From Candidatus Thorarchaeota archaeon (GTDB taxonomy: Archaea; Asgardarchaeota; Thorarchaeia; Thorarchaeales; Thorarchaeaceae): 10,602 bases of DNA. Below, in pieces: positions 1 through 6,987 of the stretch (positions are counted from its first letter, which is position 1; every line of letters starts with the position of its first letter). The translations under genes were made by a program, and so were the position numbers. The notes below the pieces were generated by a model, which ran no database searches, had not been told where the DNA came from, and worked only from the letters and a program-made list of their open reading frames with translations. The DNA is taken from NCBI GenBank assembly GCA_048882045.1, contig JBHLRZ010000061.1:1-10602 (forward strand), read 5' to 3'.

Positions 1-5
1 AATCA

Positions 6-416
6 TTGACTAATTATCTGGAGGAAACAAAATTGGGAGTAACGGTATTCAAGTTCGAGTTTCCTGGTAGTGAAGATCAGTTTATTGCAGCAGTCAGATC
101 ATGGATGACTTCCACAGTTGAAGGCAATCGATACGAAGTCAGAGAACCTAGTCGAGGTATGTTTCTGAAGATTCAGAGAGGCATGGGAGTTCTTACAGCT
201 CCAATAATAATTGAGTTCGAAATTGGATCCGTGTTGGGGCTATCAACTGAAGTGCTGGCAAGAGGTTATGTCAAGATGTTTGCTCTGAAGCGGTTTAAGC
301 AAGACCTCCGGTCAGATGCAGTATCGGGAGCACTTCCGCGACGGAACGGTTGGAAAGACATGGTGAAATTACTAGAACATCTACAAGTTTCCTATGACAA
401 CTGGTTTGAAAAGTAG
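6..416 (+). CDS. Hypothetical protein (about 136 aa; 5' end may lie outside the window)
   Basis: Open frame from TTG at 6 to TAG at 414-416 with protein-like alternating alpha/beta composition. The preceding in-frame codon (3-5, TCA) is sense, so the true start could be upstream. No family motif recognised. Confidence 0.75.
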   Translation: MTNYLEETKLGVTVFKFEFPGSEDQFIAAVRSWMTSTVEGNRYEVREPSRGMFLKIQRGMGVLTAPIIIEFEIGSVLGLSTEVLARGYVKMFALKRFKQDLRSDAVSGALPRRNGWKDMVKLLEHLQVSYDNWFEK

Positions 417-550
417 AACACAGCACTTACTATTGATATTCAGAATTGGCTACTTTGCAGAGTTACTTTGCAAACTATATTGATGTTGCTCAGCTTTGAA
501 TCTCTAGGACCTTATATCACAAGGCCGCTACTCAGAAATGGGTCCAGAGC

Positions 551-802
551 ATGAATCTTGTCCTTCTCCAATCACCACTAACAAACTTTGCTGAGATGAT
601 AGGTGCGTACCTAGCAGAAATCTGGGATTTTCTAATCTTCTTGGGCCAGATATCAGGAATCATGGTAGTTCTGATTGGTGCTATCCTCTGGTTTACGGAT
701 GTGAATCCAAAGAGGGGAAAGGGACTTGTTGCAAGTGGTATCATCCTCTCTGTGGTCATCGAGTACTTTATTCTGTTTCCACCTGGATTTGTAGGTACAT
801 AG
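551..802 (+). CDS. Small membrane protein with two hydrophobic helices (VirB2/TrbC pilin-like candidate)
   Basis: ATG start, 83 aa. Hydrophobic stretches FLIFLGQISGIMVVLIGAILWF and LVASGIILSVVIEYFILF are separated by a basic loop PKRGK. TATA-like TTATAT at 512-517. Confidence 0.75.
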   Translation: MNLVLLQSPLTNFAEMIGAYLAEIWDFLIFLGQISGIMVVLIGAILWFTDVNPKRGKGLVASGIILSVVIEYFILFPPGFVGT

Positions 803-809
803 AGGGAAC

Positions 810-1004
810 TCAGAATCCCTTACTCAGTATATGCCTTATTTCTCTCCTCACAAGCTCGATGAAGTCTGGAGCGTTACAAACGCCGTACTGATCATGGTAG
901 TCACGATACTCATCTGTATCAAAGATACTGAGAACTGATTCCACTGCTTCAAGCTGGTCCTTTGTCAGACTACGAACTAGAGAGGATAGTACTGTGTCTG
1001 TCAT
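810..1004 (-). CDS. Small acidic, probably helical hypothetical protein (64 aa)
   Basis: ATG start with TATA-like TTATAT (1032-1027, minus) 28 nt upstream, the geometry of a leaderless archaeal transcript. Converges on 551..802 with a 7-bp gap. Confidence 0.65.
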   Translation of the reverse strand: MTDTVLSSLVRSLTKDQLEAVESVLSIFDTDEYRDYHDQYGVCNAPDFIELVRREIRHILSKGF

Positions 1005-1026
1005 ATCCTCCTGTCAGCTGAGTTGA

Positions 1027-1058
1027 ATATAACCTCACCAATTTCTAGGAGGTTATTA
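1027..1058. promoter_or_regulatory. Back-to-back divergent TATA-like boxes embedded in the inverted repeat ATAACCTC-N12-GAGGTTAT
   Basis: ATAACCTC (1029-1036) and GAGGTTAT (1049-1056) are perfect reverse complements. Read outward, each strand gives GAGGTTAT(A/T)(T/A). Minus-strand TTATAT is 28 nt before the ATG at 1004. Plus-strand TTATTA (1053-1058) is 28 nt before 1081. Confidence 0.55.
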
Positions 1059-1080
1059 GACAATCTCAGTACTCAGATAT

Positions 1081-1158
1081 GATGGGCGCCACGGCCCCCA
1101 CACGTACTGCGTGTCTATCGTTCCCCCGCTTTCCCGGCGGTGTGGCGCCTTCACTTTT
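1081..1158 (+). ncRNA. Candidate small structured non-coding RNA (three-way junction), family unknown
   Basis: 1084-1149 has 48/66 G+C in an otherwise AT-rich intergenic region. Closing stem GGGCGCCACG (1084-1093)/TGTGGCGCCT (1141-1150), hairpin ACACG (1100-1104)/CGTGT (1110-1114), hairpin CCGC (1126-1129)/GCGG (1137-1140). G-U wobbles extend the stems only on the plus strand. TATA-like box upstream and TTTT at 1155-1158. Confidence 0.55.
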
Positions 1159-1400
1159 CGGTCCTTAAATCCTATTGATGATCATTATCTTCTGGGGGTG
1201 AAGAAGGGACATGCATCCACCAAGTCATCCACTTGATGAGCCATTCTAAGAAAGTACTTGGGCCAAACCTAATGCAATCAATTCATACTTAGTTTAATGG
1301 TAGGAGGGGATATGTTCACACACCCACTCTGTTTTCTTTTAGCGCAGACAATCATGCTTTAATGTGGGAACCATCCTGCTCGGACTCGAGGCGAAAGCTG

Positions 1401-2222
1401 TTGACCTACGACGAGATTCCTATTGTGAAGAGCATTGAGGAGATAGATGTCCCCATGGCTCGTGAACGCCTCGAAGGTCTCATTAAAGAACCACATGTTC
1501 TTGGTGTGATGCTTTGGGGTAGTAGAGCTACAGGATTTGGTGCTCCGACCACTGACTGGGATGCTTTGATCTATGTGACAGAAGAGTACTACGACACTCT
1601 CGACATGAAGGATACAATCTGGCTAGAGTTTGATGAGTCAGTAGAGCCAAAAAAGCTCGTCATTGACTTTTCTCCTGTTGCTGACTCTTGGTTTAGACAA
1701 CAGATGGACTCACCATTGGACATCGACCACTCACCATATGCAGAGGGAGTTGTGATTCATGACCCCTCGGGAAAGCTTGAAGAATGGCGACAGAAGCTTG
1801 CCAGATACCCAGAAGAGGAGCATGAGGAACGTCTAAAGAACAAGTTTGCTTTGGCTGTAGGTGCCTTTGGAGCTGGTCGAATAGACCATGAGCGCGAGTT
1901 CACTCATGATTCCAAGCTGAATCTCTACCGCTCTATTGTTGCAGCAGTCAATCTCTGGTTTACAATAAAGAAGTCTTGGACACCGCCCCTGAAGTGGTGG
2001 ACTCCACATGCAAAGAAAATGGGAATGACAGATGAAACCTACAATCTGTTCTGCGATGCAATAGACAATCCTTCCGTTGAAACCGTCGGAGTCGTTCTCA
2101 AGAATCTCAGGGAGATGATTCTGGCTGAAGGGTATGAGTTTCCAAATGACTTCATTACTGCCTTTCTAGAAACCATTCATGTAGATGGTCGACCCGGACA
2201 AATCCGCCACAGTTACATGTGA
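1401..2222 (+). CDS. Nucleotidyltransferase-domain protein (Pol-beta superfamily, MNT/KNTase-like N-domain plus C-terminal helical domain)
   Basis: Motif LWGSRATGFGAPTTDWDALI fits the hGS...DxD signature, with a likely third carboxylate in VIDFS. The C-terminal half is helical. The ORF track starts at 1362, but TTG at 1401 preceded by GAGG (1388-1391) is the more likely start. Confidence 0.85.
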   Translation: MTYDEIPIVKSIEEIDVPMARERLEGLIKEPHVLGVMLWGSRATGFGAPTTDWDALIYVTEEYYDTLDMKDTIWLEFDESVEPKKLVIDFSPVADSWFRQQMDSPLDIDHSPYAEGVVIHDPSGKLEEWRQKLARYPEEEHEERLKNKFALAVGAFGAGRIDHEREFTHDSKLNLYRSIVAAVNLWFTIKKSWTPPLKWWTPHAKKMGMTDETYNLFCDAIDNPSVETVGVVLKNLREMILAEGYEFPNDFITAFLETIHVDGRPGQIRHSYM

Positions 2223-2223
2223 T

Positions 2224-3429
2224 TCAATGTTTGATCACCGTCTTACCCATGAGGATGACTCTTTCAATGGACTCCGGATTTTGAAGAACGGTAATGTCTT
2301 CCAGTGGATTCTTACCGTGTGCAAGAACAAGTAGGTCTGCTGACTTGCCTGATTCTATTGTTCCGATCTTGGATTCTATGTTCAATGATTTCGCAGCATT
2401 CAGAGTTCCTGCCACAATTGCAGTCATCTCAGATGCTCCCCCAAGTCTGACCATCAGTTCCATCTCTTCAACAGTGGACTTTCCATATGGAGTGTATGGC
2501 ATTCCTGAATCTGTACCTACTACCAGTTCCACCCCAGCTTTTGTAGCATTCTTCACTCCTTCTTCTATGAGTGGGAAAATTTCCTTTTCCTTTCTGACCA
2601 TGTATTCAGGAAGGTCTCCGTCGTCATGATGGAGCTGCGATTCATAGTATGTCACTATTGTAGGCATGTACATAGTGTTATGCTTCAACATCAAATCGAG
2701 GTTATCTTTGTTCATTGGATGACCGTGAACCAGGACATCGACTCCGGCGAGAATCGTGTTCCTGATTCCCTCATCGCCGTAGGCATGAGCATGAGACTTC
2801 AGTTGAACCTTACGAGCTTCATTTGCTGCTGCCTTGAGTTCGTCAAGGTCAAACTGTGTGTTGAAACTCTCTGTGTGCTCCGATGAAATGGCTCCAGTTG
2901 CGGCCAGTTTGATGAATCGTGCTCCTCTACCAATCTCTTCTCTGACTGCACGTCGAACGTCATCAGGTCCGTTTGCTTCATTAGATTCCCCCATTGAATC
3001 TCTTCCGCCACTGATAGTTATCATTCTTCCACACGGAAGCAAGCGCGGACCATTAACCAGCCCCCTTTCAATAGCCTCTTTAACAGCGTACGGTACATTT
3101 CCTCTCCCAGCTGCATCACCTGCAGTAGTAACTCCATAATCAAGCAGTTTCTCAACGAGTTGTGCTCCACGTATTGCCAGAAGTTCATCTGAGAGTTTTC
3201 CGACTTCAGCGGGATCTGAAGAACCATCATAACAAACATGGACATGAGGATCAATCAAACCAGGCATCACAACGCGGTCAGAGTAGTCTAGAACTTCAGC
3301 CTCTGATGTTGCTTTGACATCCTGTCCTACCTCTGTGATTTTTCCATCTTGTAATAAGACTGAAGCGTTCTCGAGTGTTTCACCATTACCAACTATCAGT
3401 AATCCAGTCCTGATCAGAAGATCGCTCAT
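2224..3429 (-). CDS. Metal-dependent amidohydrolase (TIM-barrel; Xaa-Pro dipeptidase/carboxypeptidase-like subgroup)
   Basis: Motifs MPGLIDPHVH (HxH), FIKLAATG (carboxylated Lys position), SHAHAYG, LVHGH, GTDSG (catalytic Asp) and GTIESGKSADL. GAGGTG SD at 3446-3441 favours ATG at 3429 over GTG at 3438. Confidence 0.92.
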   Translation of the reverse strand: MSDLLIRTGLLIVGNGETLENASVLLQDGKITEVGQDVKATSEAEVLDYSDRVVMPGLIDPHVHVCYDGSSDPAEVGKLSDELLAIRGAQLVEKLLDYGVTTAGDAAGRGNVPYAVKEAIERGLVNGPRLLPCGRMITISGGRDSMGESNEANGPDDVRRAVREEIGRGARFIKLAATGAISSEHTESFNTQFDLDELKAAANEARKVQLKSHAHAYGDEGIRNTILAGVDVLVHGHPMNKDNLDLMLKHNTMYMPTIVTYYESQLHHDDGDLPEYMVRKEKEIFPLIEEGVKNATKAGVELVVGTDSGMPYTPYGKSTVEEMELMVRLGGASEMTAIVAGTLNAAKSLNIESKIGTIESGKSADLLVLAHGKNPLEDITVLQNPESIERVILMGKTVIKH

Positions 3430-3490
3430 GCTTCGCACTCCACCTCAATTCTAGGGAAACCACCCTTTGAGTGTAATGGGAAATACCCCT

Positions 3491-5377
3491 CTATAGTTTG
3501 AGTGTGAAGAGGTACTCTTCATCCTCAAGCGAGAGCTTGCTCTCCACAACTTTGCCAGTCCTATGGATGAATCGAATCATCGGTTGGTTCTGTGGATGCA
3601 CAAATGCGATGAAGGCGTCAACACCCTTACTCTTTGCAATCCTCATAAGGTGATTGAGAATATATGTACCAATTCCAATTCCCTGATATTCATCCTTAAC
3701 GAGTAGAGCAAATTCTGCTTTGTTTGTGCTTCTGTTCAAGAGATATCTTCCTGCACCAATGATGCGTTCAGTTTCCCCTTCGACATCTGATTTCACAACC
3801 GCTACAACACTGATGTCACTGGATTGGTCCACATTGTAGAAGTCTTGTAGTGTCTGTCTTTGCAGTGATTTCAGAGGTGTCAGGAACCTGAAGTAGATAC
3901 TTTCTTCACTTAGTCCGTAGAACAACTCTTTGATTCGGTCTGTATCATCAGGTCTTATCAGTCTGAATTGAACCTCAATCGGTCCTTCCTTTGTCTTGAA
4001 GGTTTCCTGCATCTCGTACTCTGATGCGAAATAGGTCCCCTGTACAAGGAACGGAACCTGGTCTTCGAATACATAGTGCATTTTCTTTGCAGCCTCAAGC
4101 AACTCATTCCTGAATTTGGGATGTGCTATTGCAATCAATGAGAGCACTCGTTCTCTGATTGTTTTACCGTGCAAGTTTGCAAGACCGTATTCGGTAATGA
4201 CAACATCAACATCTCCACGGGTAGTCACTACTCCAGCACCTTCGCTCAGGCGGGGTACTATTCTTGAAACTTGACCATCCATGGCTGTAGAGAGCAGGCA
4301 GATTATAGCCTTCCCTCCTTTTGACCTCTTTGCACCACGGATAAAGTCTACCTGTCCTCCGATGCCACTATAGAATCTATGTCCAATTGAATCTGCGCAG
4401 ACCTGTCCTGTTAGGTCCACTTCAAGAGCTGAGTTGATTGCAATCATCTTATCATTTTGTCCAATAACAAAGGGATCATTCACATATTCAGTGTCATGGA
4501 AATGAAACATTGGATTGTCGTTTATGTAATTATACAGTTTTTCTGTACCCATTGCAAAGCTTGCAATCACCTTTCCACGTTGGAAGTTCTTCTTCTTGTT
4601 CGTTACTACCCCCTGTTCAATGAGAGGAATTAGGCTGTCACTGAACATCTCTGTGTGTATCCCGAGGTCTCGAACACCGGTATCCAGTAGATTGCTGCAG
4701 ACCGATTGAGGTAACGCTCCAATACCCAGTTCAAGCGTAGAGTCATTCTCGACTAATCTAGCGACGTAACCCCCAATCTTGTCTATCGTTTCGGTGACCT
4801 CATCACCATGAAACTCTCTCAGCGGCTCATTGTATGGAACTAGATAGTCAATATCTCGTACATCAATGAAAGAATCTCCGTGTGTGATGGGCATACGGTC
4901 ATTGACCTGCGCAATAACCAAGTCTGCACTTTCTGCGGCTGATTTGGTGATGTCCACGGAGATACCCAAAGAACTGTATCCATTGCGGTCAGGAGGACTG
5001 ATCTGTATCATTGCCACATCTAAAGGCATTCTTCTATTTCTGAAAAGCCGAGGAATGTCTGAAAGCATAATTGGAGTATAGTCCGCACGACCTTCTGAAA
5101 CAGCATCACGAATATTAGCACTTACAAAGAAAGTGTTGTGTCTGAACTGGTTCTGAAACTTACTATTTGCAGAAGGTGTGTCTCCAAGGGTGAGAAGATG
5201 CACAATCTCATTATCAGCCATATGTCCCGCGTTTGCAGCGAGTTCCTGAACCAAGTGATATGGAACTCCACAGCCGGTTCCTAGAAAGATTCTTTCCCCT
5301 CGCTTGACCTTTCCAATGGCTTTAGAAGCATTGACAATCTTGTTCTTGAATGTCTTAGTCCAGTCTGGTTCGCTCAT
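3491..5377 (-). CDS. Acetyl-CoA hydrolase/transferase (4-hydroxybutyrate CoA-transferase-like) fused to a C-terminal GNAT acetyltransferase
   Basis: The N-terminal ~430 aa carry GRADYTP, LELGIGALP, LGIHTEMFSD (catalytic Glu), INSALEVDLTGQV, SGIGGQVDF and IAHPKFR. The C-terminal ~170 aa carry RLIRPDD...LSEESIYFRF, AEFALLV and the acetyl-CoA-binding motif YQGIGIG. GAGGTG SD at 5390-5385 favours ATG at 5377 (ORF track start 5437). Confidence 0.92.
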   Translation of the reverse strand: MSEPDWTKTFKNKIVNASKAIGKVKRGERIFLGTGCGVPYHLVQELAANAGHMADNEIVHLLTLGDTPSANSKFQNQFRHNTFFVSANIRDAVSEGRADYTPIMLSDIPRLFRNRRMPLDVAMIQISPPDRNGYSSLGISVDITKSAAESADLVIAQVNDRMPITHGDSFIDVRDIDYLVPYNEPLREFHGDEVTETIDKIGGYVARLVENDSTLELGIGALPQSVCSNLLDTGVRDLGIHTEMFSDSLIPLIEQGVVTNKKKNFQRGKVIASFAMGTEKLYNYINDNPMFHFHDTEYVNDPFVIGQNDKMIAINSALEVDLTGQVCADSIGHRFYSGIGGQVDFIRGAKRSKGGKAIICLLSTAMDGQVSRIVPRLSEGAGVVTTRGDVDVVITEYGLANLHGKTIRERVLSLIAIAHPKFRNELLEAAKKMHYVFEDQVPFLVQGTYFASEYEMQETFKTKEGPIEVQFRLIRPDDTDRIKELFYGLSEESIYFRFLTPLKSLQRQTLQDFYNVDQSSDISVVAVVKSDVEGETERIIGAGRYLLNRSTNKAEFALLVKDEYQGIGIGTYILNHLMRIAKSKGVDAFIAFVHPQNQPMIRFIHRTGKVVESKLSLEDEEYLFTLKL

Positions 5378-5535
5378 CTCAGAGCACCTCGCTACAACGT
5401 TTTTTTCCGCTAGTCTGTTGTATTTAGGGATTTGCAATTAACTACATTTTAGACCATTCCACTACGGGAAGGCTTTTAGTGGGGTTATTTCCGCCAGCGG
5501 CATAATACCTGACACTCTGACAGGTGAATTTCATA

Positions 5536-6798
5536 ATGTCTGATCAAAAAATTGGTAATAGGAACCTTGTCATTCTTGGTGCACTCATCGTCCAGTTGTG
5601 TTTGGGTTCAATATACGCATGGTCTTTCTTTCAGACTGCTCTGAGAGGAGGCGCGTATGGATGGGACTCACTCCTAACACAACTGCCATTTGCTGCTGGT
5701 CTGGCATCGTTCGCTCTGTTCATGATATTCGCTGGAAGATGGCAAGATCGCGTCGGTCCAAAGATGGTAGCTTCTGTGGGTGGTGTCCTTCTTGGTGCTG
5801 GCTATATTCTTGCATACTTCGTTGATGCAGTTGCAGGATCTGACGCTATTCTAGGCACAATCTATCTCATCATCACCTATGGAATAATTGGTGGTGCAGG
5901 AATTGGCTTTGCCTATGTCTGTCCAATCGCTGCTCTAGTGAAGTGGTTCCCAGATAAGAAAGGTGCAATAACTGGTATTGCAGTAGCTGGCTTCGGTGCT
6001 GGTGCTCTGGTGTTTGGATATGTCGAGCAGTTCTTGCTTACATTGTTTGATGTTCCAGTCGTAGCTGCTATTGGTACTCCAATGCTGATCTTAGGTGTAA
6101 TCTATCTGTTTCTTGTTGTACTTGGTTCGCAACTTCTCACAAATCCTCCAGAGGGCTGGCTTCCAGAGGGATACACACCACCCGCAACAACCGCAGATGG
6201 TGCAGGTACTGGAGTGATGCCTGGTGAGATGATTCGAACCTCCACATTCTGGTTGCTCTGGTTGATGTTTGTCTTTGCAGCAACAGCTGGTCTGATGACA
6301 CTGGGCAATGTCAAGAGTGCCTCATTAGCAATCGACCCACTCACGGATGCTGTTGTGATTGTCGGAGTTATGAGTCTCCTCAACGCTGCTGGTCGAATTG
6401 TTTGGGGTGCAACCTCTGACAGGTTAGGTCGTGAGAATACAATGATCTTGATGTTCCTGTTCCTAGCTATCGGTATGTTCACCTTCGCATGGATGTCAAC
6501 CACCTCCATTAGCTGGATTGCGGTGATGGGAATTGCCTCCCTCATAGGCTTCTGCTTCGGAGGTAACTTTGCACTATTCCCCTCAGCCACAGCAGACTTC
6601 TTTGGAAGCAAGAACGTTGGTAAGAACTATGGAGTGATGTTCACCGCCTATGGAATTGCTGGAATTACCGGAGCTCTTGTTGCAGGCCCAATTGTTGACG
6701 CCACAGGATCCTACTTCATGGCCTTCATCGTAACTGGTGTGCTCGCTATCATAGCAATATTGTTTACGCTACTCTTGAAGTCCAAGCGAAGAGCATAG
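5536..6798 (+). CDS. MFS transporter, oxalate/formate antiporter (OFA) / monocarboxylate transporter family
   Basis: About 12 hydrophobic helices. Motifs GSIYAWS, AGRWQDRVGP (MFS motif A), KWFPDKKG, NAAGRIVWGATSDRLGR and GGNFALFP...ADFFG. AGGTGA SD at 5522-5527 favours ATG at 5536. Confidence 0.92.
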   Translation: MSDQKIGNRNLVILGALIVQLCLGSIYAWSFFQTALRGGAYGWDSLLTQLPFAAGLASFALFMIFAGRWQDRVGPKMVASVGGVLLGAGYILAYFVDAVAGSDAILGTIYLIITYGIIGGAGIGFAYVCPIAALVKWFPDKKGAITGIAVAGFGAGALVFGYVEQFLLTLFDVPVVAAIGTPMLILGVIYLFLVVLGSQLLTNPPEGWLPEGYTPPATTADGAGTGVMPGEMIRTSTFWLLWLMFVFAATAGLMTLGNVKSASLAIDPLTDAVVIVGVMSLLNAAGRIVWGATSDRLGRENTMILMFLFLAIGMFTFAWMSTTSISWIAVMGIASLIGFCFGGNFALFPSATADFFGSKNVGKNYGVMFTAYGIAGITGALVAGPIVDATGSYFMAFIVTGVLAIIAILFTLLLKSKRRA

Positions 6799-6811
6799 AT
6801 GTTCGAAAAAC

Positions 6812-6852
6812 GAGGTCGAGGACTACTCCTTTACCTCAATCCTATCTTTTTT
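6812..6852 (+). terminator. Putative hairpin plus T-tract terminator after the MFS gene
   Basis: GAGGTcGAGGA (6812-6822), loop CTAC, TCCTTtACCTC (6827-6837), followed by T6 at 6847-6852. Confidence 0.55.
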
Positions 6853-6987
6853 ACATTGATTTCTTTGCGAATGCAAAATTCTTCGACAGTGTGCTAATTT
6901 CTCTCAATTTTACGTATTATTAGACAAGCTTCATATACTCAAGCTTTTGCTCGTCGGCCATCGAATTGACGGTATTAGGTGACATAC

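Noticed and set aside
532-759. Minus-strand 75-aa ORF
   Set aside because: Antisense to the 551..802 membrane protein, which has the better promoter and hydrophobic pattern.
1081-1158. Canonical tRNA, 5S rRNA fragment, group II intron domain V or SECIS
   Set aside because: It lacks the D-arm and TTCGA loop, the 5S CCGAAC/GTTAAG motifs, the AGC/CGC-triad DV hairpin and the SECIS GA quartet or GAA/A motif. No credible TGA-containing selenoprotein gene lies upstream.
1084-1212. HDV-like ribozyme: a 7-bp P1 GGGCGCC/GGCGCCU with a G-U first pair and a UUUCCCG loop resembling L3
   Set aside because: P1 is followed by UC rather than the G(G) needed for P1.1. The P3-P1 spacing is wrong for a 7-bp P1, and no convincing P2 or catalytic-C J4/2 is present.
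1185-1355. Minus-strand 56-codon frame MIVCAKRK...SMN*LH*VWPK...CPFFTPRR, read as Sec (TGA 1280-1278) and Pyl (TAG 1271-1269) recoding
   Set aside because: Two different stop codons within four codons, no redox-type motif around the TGA and no recognisable homology. A chance frame or decayed gene is more likely.
2294-3254. Alternative ORFs 2294..2629, 2626..2886, 2834..3139 (+) and 2799..3011, 3021..3254 (-)
   Set aside because: Shadow frames inside the well-supported amidohydrolase gene, with Ser/Pro-rich or atypical composition.
6917-6927. The 11-mer TTATTAGACAA is identical to 1053-1063 upstream of the RNA candidate
   Set aside because: Shared AT-rich 11-mers are expected by chance in a 10-kb window. 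It is consistent with promoter character but is not evidence of co-regulation.
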